Shown: positions 43,501 to 57,188 of the stretch, piece after piece | Position numbering within the stretch: position 1 is the first letter of the stretch | How the letters are laid out: every line of letters starts with the position of its first letter | From: the human T2T-CHM13v2.0 reference genome, Homo sapiens | Strand: one strand, 5' to 3' | Assembly (NCBI RefSeq): GCF_009914755.1 | Contig: NC_060928.1 | DNA: 64,000 nt | The notes under the pieces: generated by a model | Database searches by the model: none | Told to the model about the DNA's origin: nothing | The model's input: the letters and a program-made list of their open reading frames with translations, nothing else | Made by a program: the position numbers and the translations under genes

Positions 43501-46500
43501 TATGCATCCTTGACCTTTCTTCTCAGGATCAGACTATTTGATAGACATTTCAAACTTAACATAATCCAAACTGGATTCTTAAAGTCTTTACCCTTCCCAA
43601 CCCAACACTGCCTTCTCTATTTCAAGAAATGACATCACAAAGCACTCACTCAAATCAGAAATCATCTAATTTTTCAACAAATTCTATCAATTCTGTCTCT
43701 TAAATATATCTCTCACTAACCAATTTCCTCCATTTCCACTGCTATCAGCCTGGTTGAAGTCACCATTTTCTCCCACTTATAATTCTCTTTGTAATTATTT
43801 TAAAAAGTGAAATATCACTTTTACAGTAGCAGATTGGTAGGAGATAACAAAGCTCACTTAAAAAGACTGTAAAAATACACCTTTAATGACTTGACAAAAC
43901 CAGGAAAGATTCTTCTGTGGTTGCTAACTGCAATTAGCAGTAGGAATCAATAGGAATTTCCATCCATAGTTTCTTAGCATCTCTCTGGTGATCTGTCACA
44001 TGTTGTAGAGGCTGTGAGTTGCTCAATAGATATATTGGCAACAATTTGCCATATACCTGACAGTTATGCATACATATTTGTGTTAAGTTAAATAATGCAT
44101 GGCTTGATGTATGGATGAATCATAACTATTATAAATACTGCATACTCAGAATCCAATATTTTAGTTGATGTCTATTAATCTAAGTATAATGCAAAATTGT
44201 GACATTCATCACTGCAGTCCTCTGATATAAAAATGGAGACTCAGAGAAGCAAATTGATTTGTGCAGTCACACACTTAGTATGTGAAAGAACCTAGTCTGA
44301 AGCATCAATTCTCTCACTCGCTCAGTTTTCTTTGATTACTCTGTTTCTTCAAAAATATTATGTATGGCTGCCCAGAACTCTGGTGTTATGAATGTACCTA
44401 TTTAGGAACACTAAATGATGTTTACTTGTATCCCTCTACCCCAAATATTTTCAGCTGAATAGAGCTGCCAATAAACCAAAAGAAAAATATGTCATTATTT
44501 TCTACCTCTGCTGACAGAGAAACAGGTTGTTTGTTACCAGTGTTTATCATGTAATTACTTTATTCTGGCAATCTGTATTGCAATTTAATGCACATCTGCA
44601 TTAATTCAGAGAAGAATAGAACGCATTGTTTTCCGTTATTTTTAATGCATTTTTATCAGTATTCTTTAAATGCTCTTTTTGTTAGTACCACATAAGATTT
44701 GTTCCTGATCATCTGCCTTTTAAAGACCGTGCTGCTTCTATTTTATAAGCCTGAAACTACAGCCCTGAATATTACAGACACATGAAAATGGGCATAAAAT
44801 TCTGTTGCACTGCATGAATGAATTTTAAAGAGCTCAATATGTTCTATGGCAAGCAAAGAAAAGAAAATTAAAGGATTTTGCTTCATTAATACTATCATAA
44901 TTATCTTTGACTTTTAATTTGGCTATTTCTTCTGAATTTCCACTTTTTTTTTCCTGCCAAGACTTTGTCTTTACAGAAAACATTGCATTCTAGCAGAGTT
45001 ATTGCTGAATTCTTATTAAGTTTTTAGTTTGGCAATATGTTTTGTTAGCAAAAATATAATTTACACCTGAGATTATGAAAGTTGATATGAGCAGTAATTG
45101 AGTTGTACATTCTTAGTAACCATATTATTATAATAGTCATTTAAATATGTAACAAGAAGTCAAATTTACATCCATTTAGCAAATTGATGTAATTAATTTT
45201 CATAGGAAGTCTTTCCCAGGAATTATATACATTCTTCCACAAGTTATCTAATCACATAGATCCTTAGTTCCTTCATCAGTAAAAAGGAATAAAACTTATT
45301 CTTACCTCTTAGGTGCTGTTTATTTCATCTTTATCTCATCCACTTAATTCTATTTTTCCATGTTTCACAACATATCAAGATTATTAATTAATGAATATAT
45401 AACTTTTATGTGTGTATATAAACTTCAGTATAAAATATGAGGATTAGATAGAATTTTGCAAAAGGTACAATTGAGTACGGTAGCTGGCAAGTAGTAAATT
45501 GTCAATAAATGTGACCTGTTTGATTATGTTTCTAGGTGATGATGAAACTGGATCAACAGCAAGCATCCAAATTTACTCTTGTGTTCATTATTTACAATCA
45601 TTCAACACATATTTTTTTCTACTTTGATATTACATAAATCTGAATAAAGTTATTTTATCAAAAGAAGATAGGAGGCTGGATATTTACAAATGCTCTCTCT
45701 TGTAGAGAGACTGCAATTAGAGATTCAACGTTTCCTTAGCATTCATGTCTTATTTTACAATAAAAAAATAAAATTTCTAATAAGAAAAGTAAAAATTGAC
45801 TTTATTGTCCAAGTATTACTTACTATTTTGACTAAAATCCTTTAGGTACTGCTCAGTAAGGACGTATGTTTATGTTGACCATATTTCCTTTAGCAAAGAA
45901 AGGTGAAATTCTTCACAATGTTCTGTCATAGTTATGTTTTTTTATGACAACATTGCTATTTCATGGCCTATGCAATTGCACCATTATTAAGATTTTTGTC
46001 AAAGTATTCCAAGTTTATTGTGAAAATTTTATTATGATCAGCAGGTGAGAATTGTTAAGATAGTTTGAGGAAAATGACCAGATATAGTATGTTTTTAATG
46101 TAATTGTCAATATACAAATTCTATTTCATAAAGAGTATCTCTACCTTCTTTCGACAGGAGAAGCTAATGACTTACAGCTTAGAATTTTAACTTAATTTGA
46201 ACATTTACTCAAACATCGCGTTTATATGGGGAGCTCTTCAAAGGAAAACTTTCTGCCTTGCAGTATTTATGTTTCATACACAAATCTGAGCTAGGGATAG
46301 TAAGGTATAGCATGACAAAATAATGTTTTAAATACAATTGAATCTTCTTTTAAAACAAATATAGTTGACTGTCTGGTTTAAAGTGTCACTAGGCCAGAAA
46401 GTTGTCTCACAATCCCAGCAAAATGACCTATGAAGGTTTATAAAAGGATAAACATGCCACAATGTGAAAAACTAATGCTTGGAGTCAACCTCCTGCCAGA

Positions 46501-46857
46501 GCCTGGGTAAAATTTCTGTGATAAGGTCGATGAGTATGTAGTGAAAAAAATGATTTTAGACCATTGCAGTCTTTCCGTCGTGCACCAGGACAGCTCATTC
46601 ATATGAAAGGAAGAAGATTCCTGAGACCCTCAGAGATTCAGGCTTTGTAATAAATAGAAAAGCAGCCATCCCCCTACTGTAACGATGCTGCTTTTCTAAG
46701 TGCCAGAGAAATAATCCTGCCACCTGGTCTTATGGTCTGATATATATTTGGGGAAAGTCACACCTGGGAGAAGGGAGGACCGCTCTCAGGATATATAGTG
46801 AAAGGGAGTTGTGGCTTAGTGGGATTGGGGTGGAAGTTCTCAGTAATTGCTATGGAC

Positions 46858-46992
46858 TGGCAGGGTGTGGTGGCTCATACCTGTAATCCTAGCACTTTGG
46901 GAGGCTGAGGTGGGAGGATCACTTGAGCCCAGGAGTTTGAGACTAGCCTGGGCAATATAGTGAGACCCCACCTTTATAAAAAATAAATAAAT
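46858..46992 (+). mobile_element. FLAM_C / Alu left monomer
   Basis: Single monomer with 'ggatcacttgagcccaggagtttgagact' and A-rich tail. Confidence 0.88.
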
Positions 46993-47006
46993 ACAATTTT
47001 TAAAAG

Positions 47007-47381
47007 GTGTTATAGACTGAATGTTTATGCCCTCCCCCTGTCCCCCTACCAAATCCATACATTGAAATCTAACCCAATGTGATGGTATCTGGAGGTGGAG
47101 TCTTTGGGAGGTTACTAAGTCATGAGGATGGAGCCCTCATGAATGAGATTAGCAATCTTATAAGAAGAGGCCAGAGAGCTAGCTCTGTTTCCTTCCAATA
47201 TGTGAGGATACAATAAGAACTCAGCAGTCTGCAACCTGGAAGAGGGCCCACATCAGAACTCCACTATGCTGGCACCCTGATCTCAGCTTGCAGCCTCCAG
47301 AACTAAGAAAAATAAATTTCCACTGTTGACAAGCCACCCTGTCTATGTCACTTTTTTATTGAAGCCTGAATAGACTAAGAC
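47007..47381 (+). mobile_element. MLT1A solo LTR
   Basis: 'tgttatagactgaatgtttatg...gactaagaca'. Confidence 0.8.
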
Positions 47382-47579
47382 ACTAATAATGGTTCTACGC
47401 ATCCTGGGAACTATAGTCTCCCCACTACCCTGTTGTTATAAGATCAGAGAAAAGCATCCAATGACAATATATACCGGGGGAATGAAGCTTTTCATGTATC
47501 ACACTACTTTCACCCAAAATTCTGATGTGAAACTGTGCAAGACGATCCAATGGAGTAGAGAAAACAACGGTAGACTATT

Positions 47580-47900
47580 TGTATTAGTAGTTTTCATGCT
47601 GCTGATAAAGGCATACCCGAGACTGGGTAATTTACAAAGAAAAATCATGGTGGAAGGTGAGAGGCACATTTTACATGGCAGCAGATAGGAGAATAAGAAT
47701 CAAACAAAAGGGGAACCCCTTATAAAACCATTGGATCTTTTGAGATTTATTCACTACCATGAGAACAGTGTGGGAGACACTGCCTCCATGATTCGATTAT
47801 CTTCAATCATCACCCACTGGGTCCCTCCCACAAAATGTGGGAATTATGGGAGCTACAATTCAAGAAGAGATTTGGGCGAGGACTCAGCCAAACCATATCA
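47580..47900 (-). mobile_element. THE1 solo LTR
   Basis: 'tgtattagt..gctgataaaggcatacccgagactgggtaatt...cagccaaaccatatca'; 5-bp TSD ctatt. Confidence 0.9.
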
Positions 47901-48753
47901 CTATTATTTATATTTATTTCTATATAAAAATATGAAATATATTAATCATTACTAGTATTTAGTTTACACAGTTACTGTACTCTCCCTGTTTGCCTGGGTT
48001 TATCTGCAGAGTTGGCTGGATCATGAGGAAGCCTGGGAACCTATCACATGAAGATGTTGAAAGCAACACCCATTTTCATCCCTTCCCTTTTACAGAGCCA
48101 CAGCGTACTGGGGTTTGTGAGTGTGCATTAAGTGCAGTAATAAATTATATTTTTTAACTTAAGCTTGCCCTTACAATATGCACACATGGCTTCAAAGTCA
48201 GAGTCAGGGAAAAGATGAAATGTAAAGACAATGTATTCGAACAAAACATAAGAGCAAAGACATATTAGTTTAGGAAGCACTGTAAAAAATCTAGTAAAAT
48301 AATGCAAATGATAGTATAAATGATAGTGCTGACAATTGGATCAGGGATATAGAGACTACACTTAATATATTATCTCCTAATTCAAAATAAAAGGGCAAAG
48401 GAAATAAATTGAAAAAGAAAAAGAAGAGCAAAGAAACGACCAATTCATAACGGAAAAATCTGTGGGAAGTATTTAAACTCACTATCAATAATTTTAAACT
48501 AAAATAAGACATAATGTTTGACCTATCAAGTTAGCAAAGATACAATAAAAATATCTAGTTTTAGTAAGGCTGAAGACAACCAAAAATCTCATATAAAGTT
48601 TATTTTAGTATATATTGTTTTACAAAATCTTTAGCTGGTAACTAAGCATTAAAAAGCACTATAAAACGTCTATATTCCCTTGATTTAGCAAATCTAGTTA
48701 AAATAATTTATCCTAAAGACTTAATCAGGGAATATACATTAAAACAAAATCTT

Positions 48754-49106
<353 letters not shown>

Positions 49107-49149
49107 TTAAATCATGATACACCTATGCAATTGAACACTTTGCAATTTG

Positions 49150-50420
49150 AGCCAGATTAAAGATAGCTACACATTCTTTGATACTCCTTTTTAAAAAGGG
49201 ATGTAATTTCCTTCACCTTGAATATAGGCTGGCCTTAGTGACTTGCTTGACCAATAAAATGTGGAGGAAGCAACGTTCTCAGACTTTCAAGGTTGGATAA
49301 GAAGCTATTTAGCTTTTGCCTGGGTCCCTTGGAACACTTGTTCTTTGAGTCCGACTGCCATGTAATAAGTACCTGAGATTGTGATGCTGAAGAGGCTGTA
49401 TGGGGAGACCACATGGAGAGACTGTGACTACAAGATGAGAGAGAAAGAGATGCCCGATTTTCAAGTCCCCAGCTGGTCGAGTCATCCCAGTTGAGGCCAC
49501 AGACATCACAGAAACAAGTCATTCCTGCCTGACTTTCCCAAACTGCAGATGAATACACAAAAGGAATGATTGTTGTGAGTCACTACATTTTGGAGTGGTT
49601 TGTGATATAGCAGTAAATAACTAGAACACATTTGGTGAATGGAATTGGTTTTTGAAAATGTTACATTGCATCTGAGACCAAGTAGTAGGAAAAAGATGGA
49701 AACACCCCAAGGGGACTATTAGTGGAAGCTCAAAGGGTCCCAGGCTTAGGATTTGAAGGAGAGTGAAAAATATGTTTTTGTAGGATGGAAAAAATTGAGA
49801 CTTATTTTATGTAGTACCAAAAAGTTTGGCAATACTGGTGCCCAGGTTAATGTGAAAAATAGACAAGGGAACTTTCCAGACAAAATACAGAAAATGCCAA
49901 CCAGTTTCTTGCAGCAACTTATAAGAACATATAAGGAGACTAAAATACAAAAACTAAAGCAGGAACTGTTAAGATTCTAAGTGGAATTTAGAGGAAATTT
50001 AAAAAGGCCAGGACTTGCTTGATTTGAAAACAGAATAGTTTTCCAACCTTAGTCTCTCTTAGCAAAAATTCTCCAAAGTAGAAAATGGCTTCAGCACAAA
50101 GATAAAACTTAGGATGCCACCATTAAAGTATGGGCTCAGAGATAAACTGAAGGTTGTGACTATAAACCATTTGTTAAGACTTCAGACAGATGTAAGGGTA
50201 TACTTAGCCGGGCTTCTAAATATCTCATGGGCACATCTTGTGAACCCTCTCAGTTAAACAACAAGGGTTTTAGAAATATTAACATCCTACAAGAACCACA
50301 CAGGGGGTCTAACGTAGAAAAGGGCCTGTCTTGGGAAGAAACACTGGTTGTGAAGTGGATTATAAATTGATCCATAAGAAACTCAAATAGGGAGGCAGCA
50401 AATTGACTGAGCATCTCTGT
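49150..50420 (+). mobile_element. MLT1G/H-type LTR (to about 49628) plus adjacent internal sequence
   Basis: 'agattaaagatagctacacattctttga...ttagtgacttgcttgaccaata...taactagaaca'. Confidence 0.65.
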
Positions 50421-51017
50421 TCTTTGGATAGAAGTTGGTAAGATTTGTAAATAGTAAAATTTCTTACACAAAGTTTGCAAGTACTACAGGTTCCATTTGT
50501 TGCAATATGCATTTGTCATCCCTTGTAAAGGGTACACATGTCTCTTTATGTCATCTTCTTAACAACAATAAAAAGCAGCATAATTTTTTAATCTTATATA
50601 TTTCCCACCAGGGAGGAGACAGCATTCATTGGGAGGTGAGAATTATTGGGCTTAAACCTTCAAATTCCTAACATAAAAATGTACATTCAACCAAAAGTGT
50701 TGCAGATAAATCCATGTGGAAGAAAAAAGATTAACAGGAATATTACTTAGTGAGGTGGAATCAGAGAATGGGGACTTGGTCTTTAATTACCAAGTTAATT
50801 GGTTTTTATCTGTCACCATCTCTAGCCAGCAGATAGAGTTCTTGGTTCAAGGCACTCACAACTTTGAATCCTACAGAGGTACTGTCAGCCTTTTTCTCTT
50901 TAATGCTCTTTCTTTCTTGTTTGTTTCTGATTTATCTTCCTTCTGATGAACATGTGCTTTTCTTCAGTTATATTGAAACCATTTGTTACATTATACCAAC
51001 TGTTGTGCTGTTCTGTA

Positions 51018-51994
51018 CAGCAGTACCCCTCATCCTTATGGGATACATTACAAGACCCCTAGTGGGTGCCTAAGAAACCACAGATAGTATGGAACCCTAT
51101 ATATACTGTTTCTTCCTATACATACATACCTATGATAAAGTTTAACGTATAAATTAGGTACAGTAAGAGACTAACAATAATAGAACAATTATAACAATAT
51201 GCTGTAATAGCAGTTATGTAAATGTGGTCTCTCTCTCTTTCTCTCAAAATATCTTATTGTACTGTACTCACCCTTCTTTTTGTTGATTTGATAACCAAGA
51301 AGGCTACTTAAGTGACTAATGGGCAAAGAGCAAACATGGTGTGGATACTTTGGACAAAGGGATGATTCATGTCCTGGGCACAGTGGAGCAGAAGGACAGA
51401 GCAGGACAGGGCAAGACTTCATCATGCTACTCAGAATGACACTCAACTTACAACTTATGAATTGTTTATTTCTGGAATTTTCCATTTAATGCTTTTGGCA
51501 CACAGTTGACCACAGGTAACTGAAACTGTATGCTTGCTATGGTCTGGATATTTGTCCCCTCAAACCTCATTTGAAATGTGATCCCAATGTTGGAGGTGGG
51601 GCCTACTGGGAAGTGTTTGGGTCCTGGGGTGGATCTCTCATGAACTGCTTGGTGCTGTCCTTACAGTAATGAGTGAGTTCTTGATCTATTAATTCCTGTG
51701 AGAACTGATTGTGAAAAACAGCCTGGCTCCTCCCTCCCCGCTCTCTCTTGCTTCCTCTCTCACCATATGATCTGTACACACCAGTTCCCTTTTGCCTTCT
51801 GCCATGAACAAAAACAGCCTGAAGCTCTCATCTGACATACATGCTGGTGCTGTGCTACTTGCACAGCATGCAGAACGGTGAGCCAAATAAACCTATTTTC
51901 TTTATAAATTACCCAACCTCAGCTATTCCTTCATAGCGACACAAATGAACTATGACACTTGGAAAGAGAAACCACGTGTAAGAGGGAACTACTA
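51018..51994. mobile_element. MER44 (Tigger7-derived) element split by an MST LTR
   Basis: ta|cagcagtacccc TIR start; matching end gggaactacta|ta after the LTR. Confidence 0.75.
51535..51957 (+). mobile_element. MSTB/C solo LTR
   Basis: 'tgctatggtctggatatttgtcccc...tttataaattaccca...tatgaca'. Confidence 0.85.
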
Positions 51995-52386
51995 TACATT
52001 ATTCTTTCTTCTTTAAGTGGGTTTGGATATTCTTGAACTCATCTCCTATAGATTTTAGGTTTTAAGTGATTAATGCGGTTGCTCTAATTGCCAAAACTCA
52101 GATGGTGACTAATAAAGGAAAGACCAGAAACACTATTGTGATCATCAAAGTGAGCACAGAGTTTATTGATTTGCCAGGCAAGAGAACACACACCAGAGAA
52201 GAATTGAAGGAGCAGTTTTCTGAGGGAAAAACTTTAGGCAGTATTATGTAATAGGGATGTAGTGAGAGTTTGTGATGGTTATGCTAATGAATACTTGATG
52301 TTTGCTTTCTGGATAGGACTACCAGTCCGTAAGTCCGTACAAGGTTAGTTAAAACAAGCCCCACTGTTCACCTGTTAAGAAAGAGT

Positions 52387-53488
52387 GAAGCTCACACTTC
52401 CATTGTAATTTTAGCATGTGAGGTTTTGACCCTTTTTTGTTGTTGTTAGCTGTGTACAGAATGTGTAATCTTTTTTCTTTGTGTGTGTGTGTGTGTGTTG
52501 TTTGTGTGTTTTTCTTTTTTCTCCTTGGCTAATTCTTGGCAGGGATCTTTCTGGAGGAAAAGCTGGGGCCAGCCATGGCAGGAGAGGTATGGAATCTGCC
52601 ACGTGAGGCCTGCTGTTTGCCTGCCAGCCCAACTTCCTGTTGCTTGCCCCTACCCTCTGCGCCTTTGCCTGTCCTCAGGCCGCTGGAACAAAGGAAGGAC
52701 AGCTCATTCCCCATGGGCGATAACTTCGCACCTAAAGGGTAGAGCCTGGGGGAGCTTGAGGGTGGGCTGGGGGCTCCTTGTCTTGGGTTCACAGCTGTCT
52801 CCACGCCCCGTCCCTCAGCACTACTGGTGCCACCTCCCACACTGGGCTGCTGCTTTCTGCGCAGCCACTGCGCCGCCTCCCCCAAATTGTCATGGAAAGA
52901 GTGGAGAATGGGGGAGAACCAGGCGTCCTTGGAGGCAGCCTGGGAGGGCGACTGTGTAATGTCACCCACAAGGGAGGCTAGGGCAACGGAGCAGTCCAAC
53001 AGCAGCAGCAGCTGCTGCGTGAATGTGCAGCATGGAACCCGGGCCAGGCCAGGATCCGGGGTTGTGGGATCTGCTCGGAGTTTTCTGCCCCACACCCCGA
53101 GCTTCTGGCAAGGAGCAAGGCTTGCGAACAAGTCAGAAGGATTTGAACTGAGCAGCTAATCTTTTCAGCGCCCAACCCCCACCCCCCACCCCGCAAACAC
53201 TAAACTCTGCCTGGAGATGCAGCGGCCTGTGTCATCCAGGGCCTCTGGTTTGTTGTATTATAGTATATTTCGCTGTGGAAAATATCACGTTTATTCACCT
53301 TGCAGCCCACTCACCTGGTCCTGTTGTTTTACCCCATCTCTTCTCCCGCGCGCCCTTTGATTTCTCGTTTCTGAGAAGAGTACACCGTTCACTATTGTAG
53401 AGTAATCCCTGTGACTCAGTATTACCATAGCGCGATGTCGTTTTGTGCTATTTTGAACAATTAAAATACTTTTTGAAATAAAAAAAAG
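52387..53488 (+). pseudogene. 5'-truncated processed retrocopy consisting of a GC-rich mRNA 3'UTR; parent not identified
   Basis: Abrupt GC/CpG-rich 1.1-kb block; ATTAAA 53460-53465 and AATAAA 53477-53482 followed by an A-tail; TSD agaaagagt at 52378-52386 and 53489-53497; L1-endonuclease-type site tt|aaga. Confidence 0.8.
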
Positions 53489-54751
53489 AGAAAGAGTCTT
53501 CAATTGTGTTCAGTAATGGTCCAAAATCCTGGAGTCACTCAAAATTCACATTCATTTATCAGCCATAGTTGGTGAATGTTCAATGTTCATGATTGCTTAA
53601 AAGCTTCAGCTGGTTAGCACTAGTTAGGGTGAAACACAGCATATCATATAGTCCAATTATATCATAGGCAATCACTGCTTTAAGTTGAAAATCTTTCTTT
53701 TAGATATCTCATTGTTGCCATCACTTACCATCTACTATAATTATATAGAAGGCTTATATTCTATTCTGGTGATTCACTTGAGCATTTAACTGCATTCTTA
53801 CATTCTTCATAGCACCTAGCACAGTTCCTGAGATGCAATAAATGTTCAATAAAGGTTTGTTGAATTAATGAATACTCAAACAAGACAACTTTTTTTAACC
53901 TCACTTTTTTTACCTTGTCAAAATTAATGTGTATCTATTTAGAATGAAATCTCTGTGTAAGAGGCTTTCTTAATATTTTATCAGCGTAATATACTTGAAA
54001 ATATCATATAACATAGGAAAACCCCTATCAATAGATTCTCTTTTCATAGTCATTTACTATTAGCATTTTATTAAAAATAAGATATACATATAAATTTATT
54101 TCTATTCTGATTAACTAATAAATTGATTAAATGATAAATGAAATATACAGTATTATGTTCACAGCAGACATTCAAAAATGGGACTAATAAGACATATACT
54201 CTCAAATTCATGTGGCAGAATTGATTTTCAGGACTATTTTAAATTTATTTATCAAATGATGTAAAATGTATCAAATGATGTAATGATCTTTATGACTTAC
54301 ATGAGCTTGTTTTATTTGTGTGTGTGTATACACACACATACATATACATATTGTGGAACGAAAAACAGTGATAAATCACAGCAATTAACAAAACTGACAA
54401 ATTAATTGCTTACTATCTATTAAAGACAAATATTTATATTAAAAAGATGTATTTCAAATTTTATTATTACATATGTTTGATTGTTTTTGACTGGGGAAAT
54501 AAGAAGTTTTGGGTTATAAATAGTTTCTGGCATTGTTTTATTGCTTAAGTATGTTATGTAGCTTTAAATATAGCAAAACTAGCTTAAAATCTTTTTTTTC
54601 TTTCCATTGCATCAGTGTTTCTATATAAAAATCTATTGCTGAGAATGTTTTTAGGCTGTGAATTTTAGGCTGTGGATATCACACTGTGGTTTTCACAGAA
54701 TAATATTAATAGTTTTACTGACAGTCTTTATTGGAAAGGTTGTTTTCTACC

Positions 54752-55312
54752 TGTGATAGGCAGGTTCCGATGTGGTCACCAATAATCCCAGCATCCTGGT
54801 ATTCATGCTCTTGTGTGATCCCCTCCCCTTAAGCATAGTCTTGATTACTTGATTTTAACCAATAAAATATGGAAAAGATAATGGGATGCCATTTCTGTGA
54901 TTAAATGAAAAATATTATGACTTCTATATTGTTAGCAGACTCTATTGCCTTTGTGGCTTGCACACTTTGATGAAGCAAGCTAAAATATGGGAGAGACCCA
55001 GGTGGCATGGAAATAAGGGAGGCCTCACTTTCTACCCAACCCATTTCTCACGGATGGGTAGAAAATGAGGTCCTCAGTCCATCAGACCACAGGATCTGAA
55101 TACAGCCCCAAATCACTGAATGAGCATGGAAAAGAATCCTTTCTCAGTTGTGTCTTCAGATGAGACTGTGGATCTTTGTCTGATATCTCAATTGCAGCCT
55201 TGTGATAGGTTGTATAGCAGAGAACCCAGTTCAGCCATGCCCAGTTTCCTGACCCAAAGAAACTATAAGATAAAAAATGTGTGCTGTTCTGTAGTAGTAG
55301 GTAACTAATACA
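54752..55312 (+). mobile_element. MLT1E/F solo LTR
   Basis: 'tgtgataggcag...gtcttcagatgagactg...taactaataca'. Confidence 0.75.
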
Positions 55313-57036
55313 ATAACTCGTCAGTAAAACTGACAAACTTAAATATGTCTTGACACCAAAATCTTTTAAAAAACTAATTAAATGTATAAGATCTTATCCT
55401 CACATATGTCATGTCAACATGGTGCAATTCTCATTTTCTAAGAAAACCAGATAATTTACCTGACAAGACAAACCTGTAGCCATTCTAATGTCTTCTCTTG
55501 ATGTATTATGCTCATGCTATTTCTCTCTAAATCATCTATTATGACAAAGAAGGAAAATGGGAGACATTACATCCATATAACAAAACTTAACATGGTACCA
55601 GAGGGCCTCCAGCTCATCTTTTTCCAAGGGGAAAACATCATCAAATTTTTCCACTAAGATAGCCATCAAGTTTTGTCACAGAGATTTCCCTAATAATAAC
55701 TTCCTGTAAACTTGTAGGCTAGCATTGTATTTCTGTTATAATGTAAGCTCTCTTATTCCTGCTGTGTGACCTATGGCAATTTACTTAGTTTCTCTGCATG
55801 TCAGTTTTCTAAGCAATAAAATTATATTTTTGGATTATATGGTATATAAGGACACCCCCTATATCTACTGAAATATTTCAAGTACTGTAAGCGTACCTAA
55901 AAATATTTATATTTTTAACATGGCCACAGCAGAAGCTTCTGATGGGAGACATTATCTGTGTTGCAAAGCTGCTTGGTATACTGCCTAAATGTGCCAAAAA
56001 TTTCTGCTAAGACATTTTATTGCAAACTCGAATCTACTAGATTCTGCAGGGATTCTTTTGAATAAATCCTTTTAGGCCTTAAAAAGAAAAGTTCTCTTTT
56101 TTTTCATGTTCCTAGTGCAACATTAAAAGTGTTTATTTCTCATATTCTTTATTCAACATGTTACAATTCCCTTCCTTGTGAGCATAAATAAATATTAAAT
56201 TCCACAACTGCCATAGAGAAACAAGCACAAACGGAAATGATGTTTTTCTAAGATAATTCACTTTCAAATGAATGAATACTACTGTGAGGTGTTTAATAAA
56301 TCTAAAACTAGTGACAAAAATAGGAGGAATTATTAGAGAAAAAAATTGATCAGTACTATGCAAATAATGACTCACATAAGAATACAAAATGTCAGAGAAG
56401 CAAAAAATAACACAGGTAAGAAATAGATGCTAAAGTAATTTTTTAAAAAGACAAAGTCACAGGAAAATTAATTTCCTTATTTTCCTTGGCATTGTGCACT
56501 TAGAAATGTACTCTTCCGGGTTGCTTAAGAATCCTTTAATCCTTGTAATGGACATTTATTGCTACTCAATATCCAATCCACCTTCTCATTTCCTGTCAGC
56601 ACCCAGTTTTCCTTTTGGGGAACACCCTGCCGACATTGTGTAAGAGCCCCGGGGCTCACATCAGAATTTCTTCCATAATGCTACTAGTAGATCCAGATCA
56701 ACACCTCAAAAAAAGATTATTTCACTAATTGTGAAAACTGATGCTCTCTCCCTGTATCTCAATAAGAAAAAACAGTGTTTCAATTGCTTCTGACACGCAT
56801 TTTTTAAGGATGTAAGATAAAAATAAACCAAATATGGAGGAAGGCAGAACCAATGGACTATCAGAGAAACAGACCTGTGATCCTGATAAATCCAAGGCTT
56901 AAAGAGACTTGGCAGTGATATAAGCCAATAGAACTGCTTGTTTAGACCAGGTTAAGCTGTATAATTGTAACTTAAAGTTTATAATACACCTTCCTGTAAA
57001 AACATAGCTAACAACCAAAGCATCTCCCTCCACCAA

Positions 57037-57188
57037 GAGATAGAGTGACTCACTCCATTACCTAGGCTAGAGTGCAGCGGCACAATCAGAGCTCACTGAA
57101 GCTCTGAACTCCTGGTCTCAAGGAATCCTCTTGCCTCTGCCTTCCAAATCACTGGGATTACAGGCATGAGCCACTGCACCCCACAGCC
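57037..57188 (-). mobile_element. FAM/FRAM Alu monomer
   Basis: 'ggctagagtgcagcggcacaatc..gaactcctgg..gggattacaggcatgagccactgcacc'. Confidence 0.75.

Noticed and set aside
52060-52376. LTR-like host sequence around the retrocopy (continuing to about 53640)
   Set aside because: Looks like an antisense ERV LTR but I could not assign family or boundaries.
52411-53196. Cluster of overlapping ORFs up to 200 aa
   Set aside because: Explained by the high GC content of a 3'UTR retrocopy; no recognisable domain; ORFs on both strands.
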